In this document: piece by piece, positions 18,345 through 29,969 of the stretch
Layout of the letters: each line of letters opens with the position of its first letter
Position numbering within the stretch: position 1 is the stretch's first letter
Source of the DNA: Acidimicrobiia bacterium
Lineage (GTDB): Bacteria; Actinomycetota; Acidimicrobiia; IMCC26256; JBMOIJ01
Assembly: GCA_049317385.1 (NCBI GenBank)
Contig: JBMOIJ010000004.1
Span: 45,591-109,590, forward strand
Length of the DNA: 64,000 nucleotides
Reading direction: 5' to 3'
Notes under the pieces: generated by a model
What the model saw: the letters and a program-made list of their open reading frames with translations, nothing else
Told to the model about the DNA's origin: nothing
The model's database searches: none
Position numbers and translations under genes: made by a program

Positions 18345-19394
18345 ATGACGACGAATGACGCCGACGCCATCGTGCAACCGAAGCGACGAATCGCGCTTGC
18401 TCTTGGGAGCGGTGGCGCGCGCGGGTACGCGCACATCGGCGTCATCGAGACGCTTCAGGGACGCAACTATGAAGTCGCGTGCCTCTCCGGGTCGTCAATG
18501 GGTGCACTTGTGGGTGCGCTCTACTCCGCTGGCCATCTACCTGAGTACGTGGAATGGGTGTTGGGGCTCAGTCAGTTCGACGTGGTGCGTCTGCTCGACC
18601 CCTCCATTGGCTCTCCGGGCGCAGTGCGCGCCGACAAGGTGTTTGGTCGAGTACGCGAGTTGCTGCACGGCGAGCGCATCGAAGACTTCCCGTTGCCGTT
18701 CACTGCGGTCACCACTGATCTGCGGGCGCGCAAAGAGGTGTGGTTCCAATCGGGTTTGGCGTTCCCAGCTGTGCGCGCGTCCGTTGCGATTCCCGGTTTT
18801 TTCGCGCCCGTGAAGATCGACGGTCGGCTCTATGTCGATGGCGGCATCATGGATCCCGTCCCGGTCGCGCCGCTGGCGGCGGCGGTCGTCGACGCAACCA
18901 TTGCCGTCGATCTCGGCGGCGACCGGACCCACCCCGATACCGACGGCGAAGACGCCGGTGATGTTCGGACGTTTGACGAATGGGCGGAACGGTTCCGCCG
19001 CGGGGCCGCTCAGCTCTTCGACCGCAACATGATCCGCGGCCTCACCAACCGGTTCGGAGGGCGCGACGACCACCACGCGGGTGGCCACATCGACGAGGAC
19101 GACGAAGCGGTCCCACCGGTCGACCCCGACGAGCCGTTCGAGCCACTCCCGCGCGACCTCAGCAAGTTCAACGTGATGAACCAGTCGCTCGAAGCGATGC
19201 AATACGTGCTCACCCGGTATCGCTTGGCCGGCCACCGTCCCGATGTCGTGATCACCGTGCCAAAGGACGCGTGTCGCACTGTCGATTTCCACCGAGCCGC
19301 CGAGATGATCGACCTCGGCCGAAAGTTGGCGGGCGAAGCGCTCGATCGCTTTGAGGCCGGCACCGTGGACGCGCAGGAGCAGCCCGCTCCGTAG
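18345..19394 (+). CDS. patatin-like phospholipase
   Basis: GSGGARG oxyanion motif, GSSMG (GxSxG) and a DGG catalytic Asp motif. Confidence 0.88.
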   Translation: MTTNDADAIVQPKRRIALALGSGGARGYAHIGVIETLQGRNYEVACLSGSSMGALVGALYSAGHLPEYVEWVLGLSQFDVVRLLDPSIGSPGAVRADKVFGRVRELLHGERIEDFPLPFTAVTTDLRARKEVWFQSGLAFPAVRASVAIPGFFAPVKIDGRLYVDGGIMDPVPVAPLAAAVVDATIAVDLGGDRTHPDTDGEDAGDVRTFDEWAERFRRGAAQLFDRNMIRGLTNRFGGRDDHHAGGHIDEDDEAVPPVDPDEPFEPLPRDLSKFNVMNQSLEAMQYVLTRYRLAGHRPDVVITVPKDACRTVDFHRAAEMIDLGRKLAGEALDRFEAGTVDAQEQPAP

Positions 19395-19403
19395 GATCGC
19401 GTC

Positions 19404-20639
19404 ATGGCATCGCACCTGGCTGACGTGTGGTTCTCGGTAACCGACCTTCCGGTCGTTTCCGGCTCGGGTTGCTGGGTCACCACTGTCGACGGTGATCGCT
19501 ACCTCGACTTCACCTCCGGTATTGCCGTCACGTCCACCGGTCACGCGCACCCGCATGTGGTGGCGGCGATTCAACGGCAGGCCGAACGCTTCATCCACGC
19601 GCAAGTGAACGTGTATCGACACGATCTGCTCGAACCTTTGGCGACCCGACTCGCCGAACTCGCACCGCCATCAATCGACACGTTCTTCTTCGCGAACTCG
19701 GGGGCCGAGATCACCGAAGCGGCGGTGAAGTTGGCGAAACAGGCCACCGGGCGACCGAACGTCATCGTGTTCTCCGGCAGCTTCCACGGTCGCACCCATC
19801 TCGGTATGGCGATGACCACGTCGAAGACGGTGTACCGCGCCGGTCATGCACCGCTGCCCGCCGGCATCCATGTGGCACCGTTCCCGATTCCGCTTGCGGC
19901 TGACGAAGACGTCGAAATCGATCGGTGTCTCGACGCGTTCGACCTGCTGTTGAAGTCCACCACGGCGCCGAGCGAGACCGCGGCGGCCATCATTGAGCCC
20001 GTGCTCGGTGAGGGCGGTTATGTGCCGGCGCCGCCGCGCTTCTTGCAAGGGATTGTGGAGCGCTGTCGCGCGCACGGCATTTTGTTCATCGCCGACGAAG
20101 TGCAGAGCGGCTTCGCTCGCACCGGGCGCATGTTTGCGGTCGAGCACTACGGCATCGAGCCCGACATCATCTGCATGGCGAAAGGCATTGCGTCGGGGTT
20201 CCCGTTCGCAGCGCTCGGGGCGTCACACGAACTCATGAGTCGCTGGCCCAAGGGCAGCCACGGCGGCACGTACGGCGGCAACCCCATCGGGTGCGCCGCA
20301 GCGCTCGCCACCATCGACGTGCTCACCGCGCCGCGCTTTCTCGACAACGTGAATGCGCGGGGTGAGCAACTGCGCGCCGGTTTACACGCGCTGCAGTCCG
20401 AACATCCGTCGCTGATCGACGTGCGTGGCCCGGGGCTCATGGTGGCGTCAGAGTTCGTCGACGGGGCGGCCGCAGAAGCGGCTCGGGCTGCCGCTGCCGA
20501 GAACCATTTGTTGCTCATGACCGCAGGCACGACGGGTGCAGCATTGCGGTGGATGCCACCGCTAGTGGTCACCGAAGACGAGATGAGCCAGGCGCTCGCC
20601 GCGTTCGGGGCCGGCCTCGCCGCCTGCGCGCGCGGCTGA
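19404..20639 (+). CDS. class III aminotransferase (4-aminobutyrate aminotransferase-like)
   Basis: DEVQSGFARTG motif and the PLP-Lys region ICMAKGIASG; 411 aa. Confidence 0.9.
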   Translation: MASHLADVWFSVTDLPVVSGSGCWVTTVDGDRYLDFTSGIAVTSTGHAHPHVVAAIQRQAERFIHAQVNVYRHDLLEPLATRLAELAPPSIDTFFFANSGAEITEAAVKLAKQATGRPNVIVFSGSFHGRTHLGMAMTTSKTVYRAGHAPLPAGIHVAPFPIPLAADEDVEIDRCLDAFDLLLKSTTAPSETAAAIIEPVLGEGGYVPAPPRFLQGIVERCRAHGILFIADEVQSGFARTGRMFAVEHYGIEPDIICMAKGIASGFPFAALGASHELMSRWPKGSHGGTYGGNPIGCAAALATIDVLTAPRFLDNVNARGEQLRAGLHALQSEHPSLIDVRGPGLMVASEFVDGAAAEAARAAAAENHLLLMTAGTTGAALRWMPPLVVTEDEMSQALAAFGAGLAACARG

Positions 20640-20653
20640 GCGAGACGACCAGC

Positions 20654-22087
20654 ATGCGCATCGCGATCCTGGGCGCCGGTGCCGGAGGAATCGCGGCCGC
20701 CATCAAGCTGAAGCAAGCGGGCTACCGCAACCTTGCGATCTTCGAGAAGCGCGATGGTTTCGGTGGCACCTGGCGCGACAACTCGTATCCCGGTGCGGCC
20801 TGCGACGTGCCGTCACACCTCTACTCGTACTCCTTCGAGCTCAACCCGAACTGGAGTGCGACCTACGCGTCGCAACCCGAGATCCTGAGGTACCTCGAAC
20901 GGTGCGCCACCAAGTACGGATTGCGACCGCACCTGCATGCGAACACCGCCATTGTCGAGGCTCGTTGGAGCGACGCCGAGTCGCACTGGGAACTCACCGC
21001 CGAATCCGGTGAGCGCTTCGTTGCCGACGTGCTCATCAGCGGGCTGGGCATGCTCAACGTTCCCTCCGTTCCTGACATCCCAGGGCGGGAACGCTTTGCC
21101 GGCCCCATGTTCCACTCGGCGCGTTGGAACCATGACGTCGACCTGGCTGGCAAACGCGTGGCCGCGGTCGGAACTGGCGCCAGTGCGATCCAGTTCGTGC
21201 CCGCCATCGTTGACACGGTCGGCGCGCTCACGGTGTTCCAACGCTCGCCGGTGTGGGTGAGCCCGCGGTTCGAGCAACCCTTCACCGCCGATGAACAACG
21301 AGTATTTGCCCGTCGCCCGTGGAAGATGCGCCGGCTGCGCTGGAAGACGTGGTGGACCTACGAGCGCGCGTCGTTCCGTGCCGATTCCAAGACCACGGAA
21401 CTGCAGACGGCATTCGCTGCGTCGTACCTGGAACGCAAGGTTGCTGACCCCGAGCTGCGCGCGAAGCTCACGCCGGACCATCCGGTCGGCTGCAAGCGGC
21501 CGCTCACGTCGCGTACGTGGTACCCCGCGCTGCAACGTCGGAATGCCCGCGTCGTCACCGAGGCCATCACCGAGATGACCGAGTCGGGCGTGGTCACTGC
21601 CGACGGCACAACTCACGACGTCGACGTCATCATCTGGGGTACGGGCTTCCATGCCAGCGAGTACCTGTCGGCCATCGACATCTATGGGCGCAACGGCCGC
21701 CGCTTGCACGACGACTGGCAGGACGGTGCCGAGGCCTACCTCGGCACGAGCGTGACTGGATACCCGAACCTCTTCGTGCTGTACGGGCCGAACACCAACG
21801 GGTTCAACTCGGTGCTGTTCGTGCACGAGGCCCAAGCCCACTTCATCGTTCGGGCGTTGCGGTCGTTGCGGCGGCACCGCAAGCGATCACTTGACGTGAA
21901 GTCGTCGACGCAACGGCGGTACAACCGCCGGCTGCAGCACGCCATGCGGGGCACCGTCTGGCTGGCCGGTTGCCACAACTACTTCGCAGCACCCAACGGC
22001 AAGATCGTCACCCAGATGCCCTTCAGCGGTGGCAAGTTCTGGCTGCTCACCCGCCGCTTTCCGCGCTGGCGCTACCGCATGCGGTGA
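20654..22087 (+). CDS. flavin-dependent (Baeyer-Villiger type) monooxygenase
   Basis: GAGAGG FAD motif, BVMO fingerprint FAGPMFHSARW (FxGxxxHxxxW), and a second GTGASA NADPH motif. The start is ATG 20654. Confidence 0.88.
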   Translation: MRIAILGAGAGGIAAAIKLKQAGYRNLAIFEKRDGFGGTWRDNSYPGAACDVPSHLYSYSFELNPNWSATYASQPEILRYLERCATKYGLRPHLHANTAIVEARWSDAESHWELTAESGERFVADVLISGLGMLNVPSVPDIPGRERFAGPMFHSARWNHDVDLAGKRVAAVGTGASAIQFVPAIVDTVGALTVFQRSPVWVSPRFEQPFTADEQRVFARRPWKMRRLRWKTWWTYERASFRADSKTTELQTAFAASYLERKVADPELRAKLTPDHPVGCKRPLTSRTWYPALQRRNARVVTEAITEMTESGVVTADGTTHDVDVIIWGTGFHASEYLSAIDIYGRNGRRLHDDWQDGAEAYLGTSVTGYPNLFVLYGPNTNGFNSVLFVHEAQAHFIVRALRSLRRHRKRSLDVKSSTQRRYNRRLQHAMRGTVWLAGCHNYFAAPNGKIVTQMPFSGGKFWLLTRRFPRWRYRMR

Positions 22088-22179
22088 CTCACGGTGACCC
22101 AGGGAGCGGGGGGAGCGGCCCGCGCCCCTGGGCCGCAGCTTTTGAGCGAAACGGACAAATACCCCTACCCTCGGGCGGC

Positions 22180-22836
22180 ATGGAGCACACCGAGAACGCG
22201 GATGAGTACCAGTGGGTCCAGCAGCACCTCGACGGCGATGACGCCGTGGCCGACCTCGTGGTTGCGGCGATTCACGACGCCGTCAACCAACGGGTGCGGA
22301 CGGCGCTGGCGGGCATCGACCCGGCGGCCCGAGTCGACGAGGCCGAGCTCGACAACTCCGAGGACGTCCTGGCGCGAGTAGGCAGCCTCGTCATCACCGC
22401 CAGGACCGAGGTCGAGGGGGACTGGGTCTCGAACGCGCAGCTCGAACTGGCGCGCCTCGAAGACGTACGCAACCTCGTTGAAGCCGGCGATCGCGGTGAC
22501 CTGGCGCACACGGTCGCGGCCGCCGCCGAACTGCTCGAGAGCGACTCGCCGCTGGCGGTCCGCGTCGGTGCCGCGGCAATGCTCGCGCTCAACGACGGCG
22601 ACGACATCGACGCCAACGTGGTCATCTTTGCCGCCATCGCGGCCCAGCAAGGGCTCACACTCGTGGCCGAGCGGTCGTACCAGGAACTCGGCCGCCCGGT
22701 GCCGGCCGCGGTGCGCAAGAGCCTCGACTTGTCGCGACAGGTTTCGTACGCGCTGAGCACGGTGCAGACCGTCGGTGAATCCCTGATCGAAGGAATGCTC
22801 CGCAAGGGCGGGATCAGTCGCGGTATCGACGACTGA
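22180..22836 (+). CDS. hypothetical acidic protein (218 aa)
   Basis: Coding-like composition after ATG 22180 with no motif recognised. The upstream part of the track ORF overlaps the BVMO gene and was rejected. Confidence 0.55.
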   Translation: MEHTENADEYQWVQQHLDGDDAVADLVVAAIHDAVNQRVRTALAGIDPAARVDEAELDNSEDVLARVGSLVITARTEVEGDWVSNAQLELARLEDVRNLVEAGDRGDLAHTVAAAAELLESDSPLAVRVGAAAMLALNDGDDIDANVVIFAAIAAQQGLTLVAERSYQELGRPVPAAVRKSLDLSRQVSYALSTVQTVGESLIEGMLRKGGISRGIDD

Positions 22837-22897
22837 GCGCGTTTTCCTCGACCCCGCCACTGTGCGAACCTGAGTGCAGCATTTCAGGGGAGGACCA

Positions 22898-24298
22898 GTG
22901 GCCGACATCGCCGGACTGTTCAGCGACATCGTGGGGACCGAGCACGTGCTCACCGGCGACGCGGTCAGCGACGACTACGCGCACGATGAAGCGCTGACCG
23001 CCGAGTGGCGTCAACCCGGCGTGGTGGTGCGGCCGGCCAACACTGCAGAAGTGGCGCGCATCGTTGCCGTGGCCAACGAGCACCACATTCCCCTCACGGC
23101 GCGTGGCTCGGGCACCGGCCTTTCTGGTGCGTGCATCCCGGTTCCCGGTGGCGTCGTGGTGTCGTTCGAGCGCATGAACGCCATTCTCGAAATCGACACC
23201 GAGAACCACGTGGCCGTGGTGCAACCGGGCGTCACGTTGCGCGAGCTCGACGAAGTCACCCGCGCGCACGGACTGGTGTACCCGGTGTTCCCCGGTGAGT
23301 CCTCTGCCAGCTTGGGTGGCAACGTCAACACGAACGCCGGTGGCATGCGCGCCGTGAAGTACGGCGTGACGCGTCATCAAGTGCTCGGACTCGAAGCGGT
23401 GCTCGGCACCGGCGAGATCATCCGCTCGGGTGGCAAGTTCGTGAAGGCCACCACCGGGTACGACCTCACGCAACTCATCACCGGGAGCGAAGGCACGCTC
23501 GCGCTCGTCACCGAGGCGACGCTGAAGCTCTACCCGCGACCGGCGCACGCCACCACGGTGTTGGCGCCCTACGCCACCCTCGCCGAAGTGGCACACGCGG
23601 TGCCGCGCATCGTGGCCAGCGGCATCGGGCCGCTGTTGGTGGAATACATCGACATGCTCACCATGGGCACCCTCGTGGCGAACAACCCGCTCGAACTCGG
23701 CGTTGCCGAGAACATCAAGGAACAGGCGCTCGCCTACTTGGTGGTCGTGCTCGAAGACCGGCGCGCGGATCGGTTGGAAGAAGACGGGGTGGAGCTTGCC
23801 CAAATGTGCGCGGAACTCGGTGCGCTCGACGTGTACGTGTTGCCACCGCAAGCCGGCGAGCAACTCATTGCCGCACGCGAGCATGCGTTTTGGGCGGCGA
23901 AGGCTGCGGGCGCCAACGATTTGATCGACATGGTCGTACCGCGCGCGTCCATCACCGCGTACATGGAGAAGGTGGCCGAGATCGCGCAGGCCAGCGCGTC
24001 GTTCGTGGCCGGATGTGGCCACGCCGGCGACGGCAACGTGCACCTCTCGGTCTTCCAACCCGACCCCGACGTGCGCGCCAAGTTGATCCACGACATTCTC
24101 GAGTTCGGTATGAGCTTGGGGGGCGCCATCAGCGGTGAGCACGGCATCGGCACCGAGAAACGCCAGTACGTGGCCGACCTGGTGAACCCGGCGTCCATCG
24201 AACTCATGCGCCGCATCAAGACCGCGTTCGACCCGAACCGCATCCTCAACCCGGGCAAGATCTTCGAGCTCGACGACGCGCAAGGAGCCAATCAGTGA
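22898..24298 (+). CDS. FAD-linked oxidase (GlcD / D-2-hydroxyacid dehydrogenase family)
   Basis: FAD_binding_4-type N-terminus (ARGSGTGLSG) and a C-terminal GGAISGEHGIG motif. There is an AGGGGAGGA RBS before GTG 22898. Confidence 0.9.
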   Translation: MADIAGLFSDIVGTEHVLTGDAVSDDYAHDEALTAEWRQPGVVVRPANTAEVARIVAVANEHHIPLTARGSGTGLSGACIPVPGGVVVSFERMNAILEIDTENHVAVVQPGVTLRELDEVTRAHGLVYPVFPGESSASLGGNVNTNAGGMRAVKYGVTRHQVLGLEAVLGTGEIIRSGGKFVKATTGYDLTQLITGSEGTLALVTEATLKLYPRPAHATTVLAPYATLAEVAHAVPRIVASGIGPLLVEYIDMLTMGTLVANNPLELGVAENIKEQALAYLVVVLEDRRADRLEEDGVELAQMCAELGALDVYVLPPQAGEQLIAAREHAFWAAKAAGANDLIDMVVPRASITAYMEKVAEIAQASASFVAGCGHAGDGNVHLSVFQPDPDVRAKLIHDILEFGMSLGGAISGEHGIGTEKRQYVADLVNPASIELMRRIKTAFDPNRILNPGKIFELDDAQGANQ

Positions 24299-25848
24299 AC
24301 GGTGCGCAGGCCCTCATCCGCACCCTCGTCGACAGTGGGGTCGACACGTGCTTCATGAACCCCGGCACCAGCGAGATGCACTTCGTGGCGGCTCTCGACG
24401 ACGTGCCCCAGATGCGCGGTGTGCTCACCCTCTTCGAAGGGGTGGCCACTGGTGCGGCCGACGGATACGCGCGCATGGCCGGCAAACCTGCGGCCACGCT
24501 GCTGCACCTGGGGCCCGGGTTGGGCAACGGGCTCGCCAACCTGCACAACGCGCGCAAGGCCTACACGCCCGTGGTGAACATCGTGGGCGACCACGCCACG
24601 TACCACAAGCAGTACGACGCGCAGCTCGAGAGCGACATCGAAACCGTTGCGAACAACGTGAGCGCGTTCATCCGCTGGTCGCAGAAAGCCGACGAAGTGG
24701 GGCGCGACGCGGCCGAAACCGTGGCGGCGGCATTCGGCCCGCCGGGCCAAGTGGCCACCCAGGTGCTCGCGGCCGATGCGGCATGGAGCGGCGGCGGCGT
24801 TGCGCACGCGCCGATCGCGGTTCCGGCCGGCGCGGTCGTCGATGATGCGACCGTCGACTACGTCGCGTCAGTCCTCCATTCGGGCGAACCGACGGCAATT
24901 CTCATTGGCGGTCGCGCCTGCCTCGCCGATTCGCTCACCACGGTTGCCGCGATCGCCGCCAAGACCGGTGCGAAGTTGCTGTGCGAAACGTTCCCGGCTC
25001 GTTTGGCGCGCGGCGCGGGCTGTCCGCCCGTGGAACGCATCGCTTACCTGGCCGAGTTCGCGGCCATGCAGCTCGACGGCCTGAAGCATCTGGTGCTCAT
25101 CGACGCGAAGTCGCCGGTGTCGTTCTTCGCGTATCCCGACAAGGCGAGCGACCTCGTGCCCGACGGGTGTCACGTACACCAACTGGTGGGGCCTGCCGAC
25201 CAGTTGTCGGCAATTGACGCGCTGGCGCGAGTGGTGGGGGCATCGGCCGCCGACGCGCCGCGCCAAGCTGCGGCCCGGCCCGAACTCCCAACGGGTGAAC
25301 TCAACGCGTCGGCCGTGTGTCAAACCATCGGCGCGCTCTTGCCGGCCAACGCGATCGTCAGCGACGAAGGCAATACGTCAGGGTTGTTCGCAGCCGGCTT
25401 CACAGCCGGTGCGCCGGCGCACGACTGGCTCACGCTCACCGGTGGTGCCATTGGGCAAGGTCTCCCGGTCGCCGTGGGCGCAGCCATCGCCTGCCCCGAC
25501 CGCAAGGTGATCGCGCTCGAAGCCGACGGGTCGGCCATGTACACGTTGCAGTCGCTGTGGACCATGGCGCGTGAACAGCTCGACATTGTGACCGTCGTGT
25601 TCAACAACCACTCGTATGCAGTGTTGAACATGGAACTCGACCGGGTGGGTGCCACTGCCGGCGGTGCGAAGGCCAAGGCGATGCTCGATCTCCATCACCC
25701 GGAAATCGACTTCGTTTCTCTTGCGCAGGGAATGGGAGTGCGCGCCACGTGCGCCACGACCGCAGAGGAGTTCAACGAGCAGTTCGCGGCTGCAGTCGCG
25801 CAATCGGGGCCGACCCTCATCGACGCCCGAGTCCCATCGATCCTCTAA
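24295..25848 (+). CDS. thiamine-pyrophosphate-dependent enzyme (acetolactate synthase / benzoylformate decarboxylase-like)
   Basis: N-terminus NGAQALIRTLVDSGVDTCF and a TPP motif EADGSAMY...VVFNN. The GTG start overlaps the upstream stop (GTGA). Confidence 0.88.
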   Translation: MNGAQALIRTLVDSGVDTCFMNPGTSEMHFVAALDDVPQMRGVLTLFEGVATGAADGYARMAGKPAATLLHLGPGLGNGLANLHNARKAYTPVVNIVGDHATYHKQYDAQLESDIETVANNVSAFIRWSQKADEVGRDAAETVAAAFGPPGQVATQVLAADAAWSGGGVAHAPIAVPAGAVVDDATVDYVASVLHSGEPTAILIGGRACLADSLTTVAAIAAKTGAKLLCETFPARLARGAGCPPVERIAYLAEFAAMQLDGLKHLVLIDAKSPVSFFAYPDKASDLVPDGCHVHQLVGPADQLSAIDALARVVGASAADAPRQAAARPELPTGELNASAVCQTIGALLPANAIVSDEGNTSGLFAAGFTAGAPAHDWLTLTGGAIGQGLPVAVGAAIACPDRKVIALEADGSAMYTLQSLWTMAREQLDIVTVVFNNHSYAVLNMELDRVGATAGGAKAKAMLDLHHPEIDFVSLAQGMGVRATCATTAEEFNEQFAAAVAQSGPTLIDARVPSIL

Positions 25849-25905
25849 CCCGAAATCTCGTATGAATTTGTCGGTCGGCGACCGTTGCGTGCGAGATCTC
25901 GAGGG

Positions 25906-27444
<1,539 letters not shown>

Positions 27445-27485
27445 TTAGTACGCCGGGTTGGGCCCCTCCCGAGGCCACGCACTTC

Positions 27486-28583
27486 TCAGGCGAGCAGCTC
27501 GGCCGTGTCGACGGGCCGACGCTCGACGGCACTGCGGTACGCCGCTTCGACCATCGCGTGTGCGTTGAGCGCGTCGTCGATGTTGGGGCTCGGTGCCTCG
27601 CCGCGAAGCAGTGCCGTGGCGAACGCGTGGTGTGCGAAGTACTGATACACCCACACTTGTCGTTCCGGGTCGAATCCGTCGGCCCGGAACTGCTCGGCGA
27701 TGATTTCACTCGGTTCGTACACGACCGCGTGTTCGTCGTCGCCGGAGTGCACGAGGAAGGAATCCTCGGGCGCGCCGATCAGAAAGTCACTCGTCATCTC
27801 GACCGTTGCGCGTTCGAAGAACACTTCGAGTCGTCGTTCCTCTCGATGTTGCACCCCGTTGAACACCGAGATGAGCGTGCCGACCACACCGCTTTCGTGT
27901 TCGACGGTGAGCGCGGCAACGTCTTCGACGTCGTAACCGAACATGCTGCGCGTGCTTGCGTACACGCGAGTTGCCGGACCGAAGCACCATGACAACACGT
28001 CGCACGAGTGAATGGAGTGTTCCAGGAGCGCACCGCCGCCCGCTTCGCTGCGCTGTGACCGCCATTCGCTGTGCCCGGGCACGATGGCCGGCGCCGGCCA
28101 GAACTGGTCGTCGCGCAACATGTACGCCATGGGCGCGCCCGCTGATCCGTCCTGCACCATTGAACGGATGCGTCGCACCAGCGGATGGAACCGTGATTGG
28201 AACCCCACCTGCGTGGGAATGCCGGCGGCGTGCACCGTGGCCACGACGTCGCGCACCACGTCGAACGTGGGGGCCAACGGCTTCTCGGTGAACACGGGTT
28301 TGCCCGCGACAGCGGCTGCGGCGATGTATTCGCGGTGGAATCGGGTGGGAGTGATGATCACAACCGCGTCCACGTTCGGGTCGTTGATGACCGCGTGCCC
28401 GTCGTCGGTTCGGTGCTCAATGGGCCCCACGATGGATGTCACCGTGTCGATTCCTGAAGAGTCAGGGTCGGCGGCTGCGACCACCCGCACGAGCCCGTCC
28501 TCGGCCACTGACCGCAGCGCGGCTGCGTGCGCCATGGCGATGCGGCCGCAGCCGATGAGTCCGAGGCGAATCGGTGTTTCCAT
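27486..28583 (-). CDS. Gfo/Idh/MocA family oxidoreductase
   Basis: N-terminal Rossmann motif RLGLIGCGRIA and the EKP motif (FTEKPLA). The start is ATG 28583. Confidence 0.88.
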   Translation of the reverse strand: METPIRLGLIGCGRIAMAHAAALRSVAEDGLVRVVAAADPDSSGIDTVTSIVGPIEHRTDDGHAVINDPNVDAVVIITPTRFHREYIAAAAVAGKPVFTEKPLAPTFDVVRDVVATVHAAGIPTQVGFQSRFHPLVRRIRSMVQDGSAGAPMAYMLRDDQFWPAPAIVPGHSEWRSQRSEAGGGALLEHSIHSCDVLSWCFGPATRVYASTRSMFGYDVEDVAALTVEHESGVVGTLISVFNGVQHREERRLEVFFERATVEMTSDFLIGAPEDSFLVHSGDDEHAVVYEPSEIIAEQFRADGFDPERQVWVYQYFAHHAFATALLRGEAPSPNIDDALNAHAMVEAAYRSAVERRPVDTAELLA

Positions 28584-28690
28584 GGGCCGAACCGTACGCG
28601 CTCTCCCATTCGCCCCTGGGCCGATCATCCCCGGCCCCCGCCCGGACCGCCCGTAGGCTCCCGCCGCCAATCCGAATGGGGGAGAGTCCA

Positions 28691-29266
28691 ATGACTGACG
28701 CATCGGCGTTGACCGCTGACGAGCGCACGGCCGTGAAAGCAATCACTGGCATGTGGTGGCTCTGGCTCGTCACCGGCGTGATCTGGTTACTGGTGTCACT
28801 CGTGGTGTTGCGCTTCTCGAACGCGTCTGTCACCACTGTCGGCGTCATCTTGGGCCTGGTGTTCTTGGGCGCTGCCATCAACGAAGCACTCACCGCGGCG
28901 TTCGACGAGAGCTGGCGGTGGCTCCACATCGTGATGGCCGTGATCTTCGCGGCGGGTTCGCTCTACTGCTTCATCCGCCCCACCAACGCGTTCTGGGCGC
29001 TCGCATCGGTGATCGGATTGCTGTTCGTGCTGAAGGGCACGTTCGACGTGATCCTCTCCGCGGCCACCAAGCACATGAACGACCTGTGGTGGTTGGGGCT
29101 CATCGCCGGCATCCTCGAAATCATCATCGGTTTCTGGGTCTCGCAGCGGAGCTACCCGGTCGGGGCTGCGTTGATCCTGCTGTGGGTGGGCTTCTGGGCC
29201 ATGTTCCGCGGGATCGCCGAGATCGTGATGGCGTTCCAGGTGAAGAAGGCCGGCGAACTCGTCTGA
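28691..29266 (+). CDS. HdeD/DUF308-type membrane protein
   Basis: Six hydrophobic helices with repeating W/G-rich DUF308-like spacing. There is an RBS before ATG 28691. Confidence 0.72.
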   Translation: MTDASALTADERTAVKAITGMWWLWLVTGVIWLLVSLVVLRFSNASVTTVGVILGLVFLGAAINEALTAAFDESWRWLHIVMAVIFAAGSLYCFIRPTNAFWALASVIGLLFVLKGTFDVILSAATKHMNDLWWLGLIAGILEIIIGFWVSQRSYPVGAALILLWVGFWAMFRGIAEIVMAFQVKKAGELV

Positions 29267-29292
29267 GTCGTACCCGCGCTGCGAGTTCGAGC

Positions 29293-29316
29293 GAGGCCCT
29301 CCTTCGGGAGGGCCTC
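29293..29316 (+). terminator. intrinsic-terminator-like hairpin
   Basis: gaggccctcc-ttcg-ggagggcctc forms a perfect 10-bp stem, 27 nt after the stop at 29266. Confidence 0.65.
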
Positions 29317-29399
29317 CTGCGTTACGGGGGGATTCATGCGGTTCTCAGGGGACGCCCAGAACCGCCGACGATGATGCAGTCATCAGAGGAGGAATCCCC

Positions 29400-29966
29400 A
29401 TGAAGACGCGAGTGATCGTTGGAGCGGCCATCGTGGCCGGTGTACTGGGACTGGTTTCCGCGGGAGTCGGTGCGTTCGTTGCGTCCGACCGCCACGGACG
29501 AGGCGAGCGGGCGGTTCGCGCCGCGGCCCACCAGGGGCAAGGAGGCCACGGGCCCGACGGCGCCGATCCAGGTGGCATGCGAGGCCGGGGTGGACCCGGA
29601 GGGATGCGCGCCCGCGGCGGTCCGGGGCTCGAGGCGGCGGCCACGGCGTTGGGAGTGAGCGAGTCGGACCTGCGCCAAGCTCTGGCAAACGGTCAAACGG
29701 TTGCCGACGTCGCCAAGTCGAAGAACGTCGACGTGCAGAAGGTGATCGACGCGGTGGTGGCCGATGCGAACAAGCGGATCGACCAAGCGGTGGCCGATGG
29801 TCGACTCACGCAGGACCAAGCGAACCAGCGCAAGTCCGAGGTGACCCAGCGCGTCACGGATTTCGTGAACGGGAAGCGGCCCACGAAGGCGCCGGGCACG
29901 GGTTCGGCGGATGGTCCCGCAATGGCACCTGAAGACGGCGGCCCACCGTCGGGGCCGATGAACTGA
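29400..29966 (+). CDS. signal-anchored hypothetical protein with a Gly/Arg-rich region
   Basis: N-terminal hydrophobic helix, a GGMRGRGGPGGMRARGGPG tract, and a helical C-terminal half. The RBS is GAGGAGGA. Confidence 0.65.
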   Translation: MKTRVIVGAAIVAGVLGLVSAGVGAFVASDRHGRGERAVRAAAHQGQGGHGPDGADPGGMRGRGGPGGMRARGGPGLEAAATALGVSESDLRQALANGQTVADVAKSKNVDVQKVIDAVVADANKRIDQAVADGRLTQDQANQRKSEVTQRVTDFVNGKRPTKAPGTGSADGPAMAPEDGGPPSGPMN

Positions 29967-29969
29967 CCT

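Noticed and set aside
22814-24283. 489-aa minus-strand ORF
   Set aside because: It is antisense shadow of the FAD-linked oxidase gene, with an R/G/H/V-rich low-information translation and no motifs.
29490-29640. Gly/Arg-rich repetitive stretch (GGMRGRGGPGGMRARGGPG)
   Set aside because: It is a low-complexity coding region inside a plausible secreted protein, with no evidence of an independent repeat element.
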